In this document: one piece after another, positions 1-9,774 of the stretch | Numbering within the stretch: the stretch's first letter is position 1 | Layout: each line of letters opens with the position of its first letter | Source: Fibrobacteria bacterium | GTDB lineage: Bacteria; Fibrobacterota; Chitinivibrionia; Chitinivibrionales; FEN-1185 | Direction of reading: 5' to 3' | Assembly: GCA_037447435.1 (NCBI GenBank) | Contig: JBBIGR010000014.1 | Location: forward strand, 37,178 to 101,177 | Length of the DNA: 64,000 nt | Translations under genes and position numbers: made by a program | The notes under the pieces: generated by a model | What the model saw: the letters and a program-made list of their open reading frames with translations, nothing else | Told to the model about the DNA's origin: nothing | The model's database searches: none

Positions 1-491
1 TCCTCGCAGCGCTTATATTGCTTAAAATCGTTGCTATACCAATGGCCGTTTCATGCAGCACGGTTGCAGCGCAATCCGCCGTTTATCGTGGTTTGGTATC
101 CGACAACAACCGGTACGGGGCAATTAAAGAGCAGTTAATTCTAAAAAAATCCGCTCTTGAGGATACGCGTGCCCGATTTGCCCTGGCGACTTTGCAGACG
201 GGCGATTTGTCGTCCATTTTGCAATTACTCATATCCCGCGCCAAAGAATCTGATATACGATTTGTAAAAATGCTGCCCGAAACCGATAGCAAAGCAAGTC
301 CAAATAGCTATCCCGTTGTTTTGGAAATGAACACATCGTATCATTCGCTTGGCCGTTTTATTGCGTCGCTTGAAAGTTTGCCGCATATTTTTTTGATACA
401 GCGGTTAGCCATTAATTCCGAAAAAAACGATATCAACGTCCGGATGCTCGTGAGTTGCGTTCTTGCACAACAGCCAAAGGACGTAAAATGA
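1..491 (+). CDS. PilO/GspM-like type IV pilus or T2SS assembly protein, probably 5'-truncated by the window edge
   Basis: Coiled coil followed by a ferredoxin-like PilO pattern (YPVVLEMNTSYHSLGRFIASLE); lies upstream of pilin genes. Confidence 0.65.
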   Translation, partial: LAALILLKIVAIPMAVSCSTVAAQSAVYRGLVSDNNRYGAIKEQLILKKSALEDTRARFALATLQTGDLSSILQLLISRAKESDIRFVKMLPETDSKASPNSYPVVLEMNTSYHSLGRFIASLESLPHIFLIQRLAINSEKNDINVRMLVSCVLAQQPKDVK

Positions 492-982
492 TCCGCCAAA
501 ATAAACTTCGCTTTGTCCTGATGGCCGCAGTTACCGTTTTTGCATGGATCTTCGCAATTCGCATTACCGGCAGCGTCCTCAGTTTTCATCGCCCGGCAAT
601 TTCGGCGGTAAAGCCCGAAAGCGAAAATGCCTTTTCAGCCTCTTTCGCCATTGTCAACAAAGCCCTCTTAATTCCTGAGTATAAAGCGTCTCACTATAAC
701 CCGACTTTCGAAACGCCGTTTAAAACGGTTTCCGAGTCCCGGGCACAAACCAATCCGACTTCGGTAAAAACGCGCGTATTGCCGGCTCCCCGGCCAAGGC
801 TTTCTTTGCAGGGAGTATTGTTCAAGTCCAGTCCGCTGTCTATTCTTGCGAACGAATCCGGCGCAACGTTTATTCTTGGTGTGGGAGACTCAATTTCAGG
901 TCAAAAAATCGTTTCCATTACTAAAACCACTGTTACGCTCAAAGACAAATTCGGGACCTATGAACTTTCGGTAAAAGAATAG
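488..982 (+). CDS. PilP/GspC-like membrane-anchored protein
   Basis: ATG 488 overlaps the upstream stop (ATGA); N-terminal TM; C-terminal LSLQGVL...GVGDSISGQKIVSI pattern typical of PilP/GspC. Confidence 0.55.
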   Translation: MIRQNKLRFVLMAAVTVFAWIFAIRITGSVLSFHRPAISAVKPESENAFSASFAIVNKALLIPEYKASHYNPTFETPFKTVSESRAQTNPTSVKTRVLPAPRPRLSLQGVLFKSSPLSILANESGATFILGVGDSISGQKIVSITKTTVTLKDKFGTYELSVKE

Positions 983-994
983 CGAAACACGGCA

Positions 995-2398
995 ATGGAC
1001 GTTCGCAATGAGCACGGATCAAGCCTTACCATAGTGCTTATCTTTTCGGTTTTCGCATTAATCACCACTTCCGTTTATATAATAAGTCAATGGACCATCG
1101 CCAAACCCGGGCTATTGGCCCCCTCGTCGTTTCAAGCGCTTTTAAACGCCCGATCGGGCATTTGGAAAGCAATGGAACTTATGAACGCCCCGCCGCCCGA
1201 TACTCTTGCCTCCATCAATACTCTTGGCACCAAATTCAACGACACCTTATTTGGTAAGCAAACGCAAAACATCGCAGACAGCTCGGCTTTGCCGCCGGAC
1301 GATACGACCGATGTCTCGATTTTCAGTTCCGATTCGTTCGGAAAATGCAAAGTAATTTTCACCTATATACCTTGCTTTAAAAATTTGGAATCCAACGGCA
1401 TATTTCGAATGCAATCAAAAACGGTTTCAGCCCGTTTGGGCGGCATTTTGCATACGTCGCCAGATACGGTTTGTTTTCTTGGTACTAAAATTCCACCACA
1501 AGGAGGCGGATTAATTGACGGTAAGGTCACCCAAATTCCCGATTCAACCTTAGGAGGACCCACTAAAAGTAAATTCATATCTGAGTTCAGAAAACAAGAT
1601 CTTGTCAAGGTTATTTCTTACTATAAAGCAAAATTTTCAAATACTAATGATTCTTTGTTTCAAAACTCGGTAATTACTATACAAGATAACGATAAAATCC
1701 CCACCATAAAAGATATTGTCAATGGTCCTTTACTCTTAGATGGATCTCATCATGATTTGTATTGGAAAGAAAAACGTAGAATCCTAGTACTCGGTGATCT
1801 GCAAATTACCGGAACGGTTACTGTTGAAAACATTGAATTTCTTGTTAGTGGAAATGTTAATCTTTTTGACAATTGCGTATTTAGAAATGTTTCCATATTT
1901 TGCAGTAAAACATTGACAATTACGGACAAAGCCGTTTTTTCAGGAAATGCCTTATCTCTTTATCAAATTAATGCTAGTAAACGAGGACGGATTGAGAATA
2001 ACAGCGTACTTGTGGCATATAATGAAAAAAAAGATACATCATCTTCCAGGATCAAAGTATTGTGCTCAATTTTTTTAACTCAAGAGGTACGATGCGATGG
2101 AACCGTCATTTCGTGTGGCAATCGGGCCGGGATAAAGACTGACAAAAATGTCATTATACATGGATCTCTTTGGTCCGATAGTGTTATTTGCCACGAAGGA
2201 ACCCTTTTGGGGTTTATGCGCTGTAAAGAATTGATCTCATCCGAAGAACTCGATTCCCGGCAAACAAGCACACCACCACCTATTTCCGGAAAAAACGTAA
2301 TGAAAGGTTCCGTTCGCAGGCTTGAAACAATCGCCGATTACCCATATCCGTTTTTTATGGGCAAACCGTCGATCGTGAGCTGGGAAGAGAGTATGTGA
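995..2398 (+). CDS. PilX/GspK-like minor pseudopilin with C-terminal beta-helix-like region
   Basis: Prepilin-like N-terminus (NEHG/SSLTIVLIF) lacking Glu5; QALLNARSGI motif of PilX N-termini. Confidence 0.6.
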   Translation: MDVRNEHGSSLTIVLIFSVFALITTSVYIISQWTIAKPGLLAPSSFQALLNARSGIWKAMELMNAPPPDTLASINTLGTKFNDTLFGKQTQNIADSSALPPDDTTDVSIFSSDSFGKCKVIFTYIPCFKNLESNGIFRMQSKTVSARLGGILHTSPDTVCFLGTKIPPQGGGLIDGKVTQIPDSTLGGPTKSKFISEFRKQDLVKVISYYKAKFSNTNDSLFQNSVITIQDNDKIPTIKDIVNGPLLLDGSHHDLYWKEKRRILVLGDLQITGTVTVENIEFLVSGNVNLFDNCVFRNVSIFCSKTLTITDKAVFSGNALSLYQINASKRGRIENNSVLVAYNEKKDTSSSRIKVLCSIFLTQEVRCDGTVISCGNRAGIKTDKNVIIHGSLWSDSVICHEGTLLGFMRCKELISSEELDSRQTSTPPPISGKNVMKGSVRRLETIADYPYPFFMGKPSIVSWEESM

Positions 2399-2805
2399 TG
2401 AAGCACGCACGATACCAGGATGGTATGACCATTCTTGAGGCGCTCATCGCGATTCTTATTCTCGGCATTACGACAACGGCCATAACGAGCCTGATCGTAA
2501 CCGGTGACAGGATTGCGGGCCGTCGCACAACGATATATACCGCAACGACCCTTGCGAAAAGCGAAATTGAACGTCTTCGTGCGTATGAGAAATCATTGGT
2601 GCTTCCGAAGGATACGCTATACGACGAGGTCGTCAACGGCGTGGAATACGAAGTCAAACGAAACTGGATACCCAATGATACGATTTCCATGAATTCCACG
2701 GTTTTACATAGGGAATATTCCGTTTCGGTAACCAGAAAAATCAATCAATCCGTATCGGTCTCATTCAGGACATTGCAAGGATATTATGGCGAACCGACTC
2801 AATAA
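2395..2805 (+). CDS. Type IV minor pilin (PilV/GspI-like)
   Basis: Prepilin cleavage/methylation motif DG/MTILEALIAILIL. Confidence 0.85.
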   Translation: MMKHARYQDGMTILEALIAILILGITTTAITSLIVTGDRIAGRRTTIYTATTLAKSEIERLRAYEKSLVLPKDTLYDEVVNGVEYEVKRNWIPNDTISMNSTVLHREYSVSVTRKINQSVSVSFRTLQGYYGEPTQ

Positions 2806-3340
2806 AGCACACGGAGTGACGCTTGTGGAGCTCATGATTGCGATTGCTATGTCGGGTATCGTCATTGGTCTTGCCATGTTTACCTGGACATATATTTCCC
2901 GGCACACGACGCTGCAAAAGCAAAAAAGTCTTTTTTATTCGCAAGCCGAGGCAATTGCAGCGGGAATTGCCAATACCGTACGAACGTCGCCGAACGTTAT
3001 TTCGTACTCCACAAATGCAATAACCTGCGTCGATAAAAATCATGGCGATACGGTCACGTATGAATTGTACGGGGACAGCTTGCGGAAAAATACCGTCGGT
3101 ATCCCTTGTGTGGCCGAAGGCGCCCGTTTTACAACCTTTGCAATCGAAGAAAAGGCCATTCCAATTCAGTTGCCTCCCGGCGCTGTTTACGACGAAAAAA
3201 AGCAAATAGATGTCTTATTGGTTCTTACTCTCGGCATGGAAAACGGTACCGGATTATCGTGTACCGTTCCCATGCAAATCAAGGTAAAGAAACCGCTCGA
3301 CAACACGGGAATATCCGCACGGGGACTTTGGAATTTCTGA
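2786..3340 (+). CDS. Type IV minor pilin (PilW/GspJ-like)
   Basis: Prepilin motif HG/VTLVELMIAIAM. Confidence 0.85.
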   Translation: MANRLNKAHGVTLVELMIAIAMSGIVIGLAMFTWTYISRHTTLQKQKSLFYSQAEAIAAGIANTVRTSPNVISYSTNAITCVDKNHGDTVTYELYGDSLRKNTVGIPCVAEGARFTTFAIEEKAIPIQLPPGAVYDEKKQIDVLLVLTLGMENGTGLSCTVPMQIKVKKPLDNTGISARGLWNF

Positions 3341-3352
3341 TATTACATTAAA

Positions 3353-3883
3353 TCAATCGCCATATTTTCCGTTATACGATTCCCAATGCACGATTTCGTC
3401 CAGTTTTTTACGTTTCTTCGTCACCGGGACGCTTGCCGGATAGCCAATCGGCGTAAACACGATCGGCTCGATCGTTTCCGGCAAAGTAAGAACTCTGCGG
3501 GCTTCTTCAAGATTGAAATTTGCGACCCAGCAGGTGCCCAGCCCCGCTTCGGTCGCAGCAAGCGTCAAATGATCCATTGCAATCGCGATGTCGATTTCAC
3601 CGTAATTTTTACCGTCTTTTCGTTGCCAGGATTGCGTGATATCGCAGCATAAGGCGATAATTGCCGGCGCTGCGCAGAACCAGGGGCGTTCATAGACTGC
3701 GGCAAGTTTTTTTTTCGTTTCGTCCTTACGGATAACAATGAAAACCCATGGTTGGTTATTACATGCCGACGGCGCCAAACTTGCCGTTTCCAGTATTTTG
3801 AGCAACAGGGTTTCCTCGATTTTTTTATCTTGATACGTACGTACCGAATAGCGTTTTTTTACGAGTTCTAAAAATGTCGACAT
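3353..3883 (-). CDS. Nitroreductase family protein
   Basis: RYSVRTY, APSACNNQPW, GLGTCWV motifs. Confidence 0.9.
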   Translation of the reverse strand: MSTFLELVKKRYSVRTYQDKKIEETLLLKILETASLAPSACNNQPWVFIVIRKDETKKKLAAVYERPWFCAAPAIIALCCDITQSWQRKDGKNYGEIDIAIAMDHLTLAATEAGLGTCWVANFNLEEARRVLTLPETIEPIVFTPIGYPASVPVTKKRKKLDEIVHWESYNGKYGD

Positions 3884-3911
3884 TCTTGCCTCCCCCTTTT
3901 GATCGATCCGC

Positions 3912-5402
3912 TTATTGCGGATTTATTTCGAGCGGTTTTATTTCCACATCAGAGTAATATGCTTTTAAAATTTCCCTGTATCCTGCGCCGCTTTTTGCAC
4001 GTCCCAAGGCGCCTCGTTGACACATTCCGACACCATGACCGTACCCTTTTCCCCGTAATACTACCGTATTTCCTTTTACAAACGCCTCTGTTAAACAACT
4101 GCTCTTAAGAATAGGATACCCCGAAACATTTCGCCGAAAAGCAAAGCGGATTTTATCGCCCCCATACACAAAATCGCCTTCCGTTGTCGAAAGCCTGCAT
4201 TCCTTTATTCTACCGCAATGGAAACGCGAACCAAGAGATATTGAAGTAATACGTCCATGAAAGGGATTTTGAGGAAACGCTTCTTTTGAATATTTATTGA
4301 CAATAAAGGTGAACTGGTCTTTTGTCCATAGTTCTTCCCAATCGATAGGCCCAGCTGTCGCGCAAAACGGTTCGGAACCGTCCCGAACGGAACGCAGATA
4401 CGGCAGAGACGATTTGTTCCACACGTCAGAAATATTGGCCGTGTTGCCGCCGCAGGTGGAATGGTAATATGCATAAATCAAGCTATCATGATAGACGATT
4501 ACTTCATCAGTCGTCGCACGAATCGCTTTATTGCATATTTCCGATTCGGCAGACACCCCGCCGTATACCTGGTCCGAAACCGTTGCAAGCATATCATATT
4601 GTCCGCCGCCGGCACTTTCCAACAGTTTCTTATAAGTATAGGTACGAGCCGCAACAGCCTGGGCTTTGACCGCTTCAATTACTTCGTCGCTTCCTTTTCC
4701 AACCTCAAGCGGTACTACCCCTCGTAAATAATCTTCTACGTTCAGCATATTTATGATAGAACACCCATTTGACCCCGGTACAAGCAAAATGGACCCGCGA
4801 TAGCTTTGCCCATCGACTCTTTCGACCGAAAATTCATTAACGCATATTAACGTACAGGGATATGCGACTTCGCTTTTCTCGCTTCCGTCGACCAGCACTT
4901 TGGCCCACTGCTGCTCCGAACGCTCGATCGTCAGTTTGCTGCAGACAGTCGGGTCCTTACGACCGTCGTGAATGCTCATAGTCATCGAGGCAACGATTTC
5001 AGCGGTTTTCTTATTCGCGCTAAGCAATATCCTTACAGTGTGATCGCTGCGCGAAGCCAGGCGGATACTTTGTTGTGTTGGTTTCCGCGGCGGCAACGAT
5101 TCTAAAGATTCTTTATGATTTTGCACGCCGACGGTTGTGTCTGCGTCCCACTGAATGGTTTCAGCCGCGTGTTGCGTATCGGGCTTCAATGCGGGCGCGG
5201 CATCTTCGGAAGCGGATTCAACAGGTTCGGCTTCCGGCTGTTTTTGTTGCTGCTTGACTTCTTGTTTTTTTCGGATATTTTTTTCTGTGTGATGCGAGGT
5301 CTGATTGGTGTTGAAAAAACGCGGATTGGGCGTACACCCGCCAATGGTTAGGAGAACGCAAAGAAACATCATCATAATGGCTTGGTTTTTATAGTCTAGC
5401 AT
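3912..5402 (-). CDS. SpoIID/LytB-domain lipoprotein (lytic transglycosylase-like)
   Basis: Lipobox IGGC; EDYLRGVVPLE, KAQAVAARTY, YHSTCGG, GYGHGVGMCQRGA. Confidence 0.9.
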   Translation of the reverse strand: MLDYKNQAIMMMFLCVLLTIGGCTPNPRFFNTNQTSHHTEKNIRKKQEVKQQQKQPEAEPVESASEDAAPALKPDTQHAAETIQWDADTTVGVQNHKESLESLPPRKPTQQSIRLASRSDHTVRILLSANKKTAEIVASMTMSIHDGRKDPTVCSKLTIERSEQQWAKVLVDGSEKSEVAYPCTLICVNEFSVERVDGQSYRGSILLVPGSNGCSIINMLNVEDYLRGVVPLEVGKGSDEVIEAVKAQAVAARTYTYKKLLESAGGGQYDMLATVSDQVYGGVSAESEICNKAIRATTDEVIVYHDSLIYAYYHSTCGGNTANISDVWNKSSLPYLRSVRDGSEPFCATAGPIDWEELWTKDQFTFIVNKYSKEAFPQNPFHGRITSISLGSRFHCGRIKECRLSTTEGDFVYGGDKIRFAFRRNVSGYPILKSSCLTEAFVKGNTVVLRGKGYGHGVGMCQRGALGRAKSGAGYREILKAYYSDVEIKPLEINPQ

Positions 5403-5422
5403 GGTAGTAATATATATATAAA

Positions 5423-5447
5423 TTATCTGCGCGGGACGCGCAGATAA
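5423..5447. repeat. Palindrome TTATCTGCGCG-gga-CGCGCAGATAA (second copy of the motif at 58364-58390)
   Basis: Perfect 11-bp inverted repeat read directly. Confidence 0.7.
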
Positions 5448-5534
5448 AATCTGTGTTAAAACTATCCAATAACGAAGAAGAAAGCAACGGATTAGTAAAA
5501 TACGTAGTAAGCCGCATCATTGTGCGGTTTTCTT

Positions 5535-6035
5535 TCAAGCGGTCGCGGCAAGTTTTTTAAGTTTTCCGCTGAGCAATTTTCTCTGTATAACCGAAATATG
5601 GTCTATTATAAGAATGCCGTTGAGATGATCTATTTCATGCTGTAATGCCCGTGCCAAAAGATCGTCTGCTTTATCGATGGTAAAGAATTCGCCTTTTTCG
5701 TTCTGGGCCTTTACAGATACAATGGTTGGCCGAGTAATATCGAGGTGAATGTCCGGAAAACTGAGGCATCCCTCTTCCCGTTGCACTTCTTCTTCGGACT
5801 TATAGGTGAACTCCGGGTTTATAATTACGAGCGGAGGATTTTCACCCTTGGTGGTATCGATAACCACCAATTGAATGGATTGGCCCACCTGCGGTGCGGC
5901 CAATCCTACGCCGTCGTATTCGACCATTGTTTCATTCATTTCATTTACCAATGCCTTTAAAGCATCATCGAAAACAAGAACCGGCTTGGCTTTTTTTCTT
6001 AAAATCGGATTTCCATAATAAACAACGTCGAACAT
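5535..6035 (-). CDS. def: Peptide deformylase
   Basis: GVGLAAPQVG, EGCLS, QHEIDHLNG motifs. Confidence 0.97.
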   Translation of the reverse strand: MFDVVYYGNPILRKKAKPVLVFDDALKALVNEMNETMVEYDGVGLAAPQVGQSIQLVVIDTTKGENPPLVIINPEFTYKSEEEVQREEGCLSFPDIHLDITRPTIVSVKAQNEKGEFFTIDKADDLLARALQHEIDHLNGILIIDHISVIQRKLLSGKLKKLAATA

Positions 6036-6043
6036 GATTTAAA

Positions 6044-6433
6044 CTATCCTTTTTTCTCTGCTTTTTCTGCATCCGCTTTTTCTTTTTCTTCATTGACAAT
6101 AGTTGCAATTGCAGATTTTTTAAACTCAACAACGGTGTTCTCGGCAATTTTAACCATAACCGTCGTATCTTTTACATTGCCGACAATTCCCAGAGCACCG
6201 CCAATGGTCAGAACTTTGTCCCCTTTTTTCATATTATTGAGCATGTTCTGAGTTTCCTTTTGCTTTTTACGCTGCGGTAAAATCATCAGGAAATAAATGA
6301 TCGCAAAAATGACAGCCATCATTATAAGAAACGTCATTGGGTCCTGACCGCCTGCTTTCGGTGCGGCTTTATCTTGAGCAAACAATGAAAATGCGCTTAT
6401 CGCTACAAGGGCAGAAGCAAATTTAGACTTCAT
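6044..6433 (-). CDS. yajC: Preprotein translocase subunit YajC
   Basis: YFLMILPQRKKQK...KGDKVLTIGG. Confidence 0.95.
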   Translation of the reverse strand: MKSKFASALVAISAFSLFAQDKAAPKAGGQDPMTFLIMMAVIFAIIYFLMILPQRKKQKETQNMLNNMKKGDKVLTIGGALGIVGNVKDTTVMVKIAENTVVEFKKSAIATIVNEEKEKADAEKAEKKG

Positions 6434-6735
6434 GAAGAATCCTTTCTTGTCCGGAAAACCGGACTATGATTAAATCCAATTATTGACTCTGAAAAACGAA
6501 ATTAACATACGTAATTTTTCGATTTCAGGCCAATAATATATGTTGCCCTTGATTAAAAAGTCAATGCTCACACACCCCGCACAATCCGACTCTCTAGACT
6601 TTAAAAAAATACAATACGAATTAATTAAGATTCCAAAACCAGGAAAATCAAAATAATTACCGTCGTTTCTATACTGTTTTCGCATATCCCGGATTTGATA
6701 TTGCATTTTTTATTTTCCATCGTCTTTAATTGAGT

Positions 6736-6763
6736 TAAAGTTTTTTTCGATCATACCCGATAT
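6736..6763 (+). promoter_or_regulatory. Sigma28 (FliA/SigD)-type promoter
   Basis: TAAA(GTTT)-N16-CCCGATAT versus consensus TAAA-N15/16-GCCGATA(A/T); 20 nt upstream of ATG 6784. Confidence 0.6.
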
Positions 6764-6783
6764 AGTTACTTGGGAGCAAACCT

Positions 6784-7071
6784 ATGCGAATTGAGCAATT
6801 AATAGGCAATTACACCAGCCTTTCCGGGCAAAAACGGCCCTGGAAGGATCCAACAGGTAGTTATCCTAAAAAATCTTTTTTAGGCCGGGCTTCAGTTTTG
6901 GATATCGTTTGCATTAATCCCGAAGAAACCGAAGATGACTTGGCCTGGCTTGAATCATACATACGACAACTTTCATGTGAAGCGGTGCTTGAAAAAATCG
7001 ATCAGCTTTTTTCATCTAACCAATCTCCTGATGAGCTGCTGATAGAAAAGCTTCTTTTCGAATTGCTTTAA
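6784..7071 (+). CDS. Small protein, putative FlgM-like anti-sigma28 factor
   Basis: 95 aa; MRIE start, DIVCIN resembling DxVxIS, C-terminal helix ...LIEKLL; sigma28-type promoter and GGGAG RBS. Confidence 0.4.
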   Translation: MRIEQLIGNYTSLSGQKRPWKDPTGSYPKKSFLGRASVLDIVCINPEETEDDLAWLESYIRQLSCEAVLEKIDQLFSSNQSPDELLIEKLLFELL

Positions 7072-7150
7072 CTAATAAATTCATCGGTTTTCAAACAAAA
7101 TAAAAACCTGCACCCCCAAGCAAGGTAATTGTAATTATTTTCTGCATACC

Positions 7151-8377
7151 ATGGCATATGTATACTTTGCAAAATGGATACTTTTACCCTCCTTTGAAGT
7201 GCTTCTTAACGGCGCCATAAGTGTTGAAAATGGAAGAATCAAGGACATTGGTTCTCGTAGCCAAGTTCATAAAAACACCTCGGACCATGTAATTAATTTA
7301 GGCGACATATTCCTTCTGCCCGGTCTTATTAATATTCATACTCATTTAGAGGAAAATGCGCTTCGCGATATGCCCCGGCAAGAATCCGACACCTTTGCCG
7401 CCTGGCTCGCAAAACGCAATTCCAAACTTAAACAAATACCGGCCCATGCCATTGAGAAATCAATAGCATTAGGCGCCCGCGAATTGCTGTCGCATGGCAT
7501 AACCGCAGTTGCCGACTTTTCTAAATTAGGCCTCGGCACAACTATTATTTCGCAAGAGGGAATTCGGGCATTTGTATTTCATGAAGCCCATCCGCAAAGC
7601 ACGGAGGAAGAAAAATCGATTGTGGATATGATATCCAAGCGCACCGGACCTCATTCTCACGATCGCTACACGGGAATTGGTCCCTATGCTTTATTTTCAC
7701 TTTCTCCCAAAAGCCATCGTACTATCGCTGCGCTGGCAAAAAACGAGGGTTTTTTATACGCACTTCACATTGCGGAAAGCAACGAGGAATTACAGGCATT
7801 TTCCGAGCAAAGCGGCGACCTTTACTTCCATATATCAAGAAAAAAGGGATGGCCGTACGGCGTCGTCCGTCGCGGCTCGATGGATTTTGCTCTACAAGAA
7901 AACTTGATACCGCAAAACGCAATCTGTTTACATTGCAATTATTTAAGCGGTGCCGAATTCGAAAAGCTTGCGGCAATTAACGCGTCGGTGGTTCTTTGTT
8001 TCCAATATTCAAAAGAAATGCTTCACAAGGAATTTCCGCTTGATGTCGCCATAAACCGCGGCCTTAACTTATGCGTCGGAACCGAAAGTATTTCCTGCGA
8101 AAGATCGTTCAATCTATTTGACGAACTGTATTGCGCACGGAAACAATTTCCCCATATTAGCGCCAAACAAATGCTGCGATGGGTCACAAGCAATCCCGCG
8201 GCAGCGCTTGGCGCAGCCGAGAACCTGGGCAGCCTGGACAAGGGCAAACTTGCGGATTTCATCGGCGTACGCTTTCACACCGACCCGGGCGAAAACATCC
8301 TCGAAGAGCTGATTGAAGGCGAGCCTGAAATTAGGCTTGTCATCATTAACGGCGAAGAAATAATCGCGGAATACTGA
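7151..8377 (+). CDS. Metal-dependent amidohydrolase (MTA/SAH or aminodeoxyfutalosine deaminase-like)
   Basis: PGLINIHTH, LHIAES, LHC, GSLDKGKLADF. Confidence 0.85.
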   Translation: MAYVYFAKWILLPSFEVLLNGAISVENGRIKDIGSRSQVHKNTSDHVINLGDIFLLPGLINIHTHLEENALRDMPRQESDTFAAWLAKRNSKLKQIPAHAIEKSIALGARELLSHGITAVADFSKLGLGTTIISQEGIRAFVFHEAHPQSTEEEKSIVDMISKRTGPHSHDRYTGIGPYALFSLSPKSHRTIAALAKNEGFLYALHIAESNEELQAFSEQSGDLYFHISRKKGWPYGVVRRGSMDFALQENLIPQNAICLHCNYLSGAEFEKLAAINASVVLCFQYSKEMLHKEFPLDVAINRGLNLCVGTESISCERSFNLFDELYCARKQFPHISAKQMLRWVTSNPAAALGAAENLGSLDKGKLADFIGVRFHTDPGENILEELIEGEPEIRLVIINGEEIIAEY

Positions 8378-8403
8378 ACACTATTTGAAAAGGCAATGGT
8401 TTT

Positions 8404-8871
8404 TTATCGGAATCTGTCCTTTCCGACTATTCTTTCAATTGTTTCAAAATCGACATTCTCCGCAATTTCTTTGGAAAACGATCGATCGAATACTATGCTT
8501 TTATCAAAAGGGTTGGTTGCATCAAGAATGTACACGGGTGTCGGATTATCCAGGTAGGCGAAAATCGTCGCATCTTCAAACGACATGCTTTTCGCAACCC
8601 TCGACTGTTTAACCGACGCTTTATCGATCCAGCCGATATTTCCCTTTAAATCGCTTACCTTGAGCATTTCACCTTTGGCATCCATTACAAGCAGCCAATC
8701 ATTCTCACTGACGGTAAAGACTGGTTCCTCTGCGGATATTTTGGGATTATTCAAAAAAGCCGGAACATTGTTTTGAATCGGAACGACATATTTACCCTGA
8801 TTAACAGCAGCGCTGAAAACAATGTTGAGACTTGCAAGAATTATTAAGGCGCTATAAATCGATATTCGCAT
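8404..8871 (-). CDS. Secreted SH3b-like domain protein
   Basis: Signal peptide from ATG 8871 (AGGAGG RBS); KVSDLKGNIGWI SH3b-like motif. Confidence 0.55.
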   Translation of the reverse strand: MRISIYSALIILASLNIVFSAAVNQGKYVVPIQNNVPAFLNNPKISAEEPVFTVSENDWLLVMDAKGEMLKVSDLKGNIGWIDKASVKQSRVAKSMSFEDATIFAYLDNPTPVYILDATNPFDKSIVFDRSFSKEIAENVDFETIERIVGKDRFR

Positions 8872-8994
8872 GATACATCCTCCTTTCCGCAAAATCCTAC
8901 GTCTTGTATTGGTTATTACGGAACCGGACCTGTTGATATTTCGTTTTCCGGGTTTGGGGATGGAAGGGCTCGAAGAGGAAACGACAAAGTTTTT

Positions 8995-9545
8995 TTAAAC
9001 GATCTCAATATTATATTTGAGCAACAAATTCATCACATCGGGTAATGAAAATTTTGCTCCTTTATTTTTTTTTTTTCAAGATCGACGAAATACCTCTTGG
9101 CAGTGGTGAAATCGGCTTTTTCGATATTCGACTTTTCAAAAAGCGTCTTATAAAGATCGCATTCCCGGAATACGACCGATTTTAGATTGGATTCTATAAA
9201 ACAGGCCTCTTTGACCGAACATTTTTCGAATTTCGTATTCAACAAATTGTTTTTTTCAAATATCGCATAATCAAGAATGCAGCTCAAAAACGATACCCCG
9301 AATGCGAGTTGATTTATCTTGCCGAAATTTACACCCGAAAGCTTGCAATTTTCAAACGAGACATTATCGAATGTCCAATCGTCGCTTTTCATAAGCGTGC
9401 AATTACAATTGTAAAACTCACAATCGTGGAACTCCAGAATTTCGGTTTGTTCCTTGGAAAAATCGCATCCTTCGAACCTTGTATTGTAGAATTCAGACTC
9501 CGACATGCAAGATTCGAGCGAAGTAAATACGGCTTCAACTTTCAT
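8995..9545 (-). pseudogene. Pentapeptide-repeat protein, frameshifted at or next to an A12 run (9065-9076)
   Basis: Frame 0 ends at 9033; the shifted frame supplies the family-like C-terminus KGAKFSLPDVMNLLLKYNIEIV* ending at 8995. Confidence 0.8.
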
Positions 9546-9774
9546 TAATCATCCTTTAATTCGATCTTCGTAAAATTTTCGCTATTTTTTTAAATATAAA
9601 TGATTCGTTTATAATTTTTTAGTATCGTAATGAACGTTTTTGAAATTGATTTATATATTAAAATCAATTCGCAAATTACTAATGATAAATATATTATATT
9701 AATCATTAGTTAGTTTACACAAGAAGACCCGACTTACGAGTCGATTTCTCTTTGATTGCCACAAAGGAGGAAAC

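Noticed and set aside
6470..6706. 78-aa minus-strand ORF in the yajC upstream region
   Set aside because: No recognisable motif; overlaps a plausible yajC promoter (TTGACT at 6564-6559).
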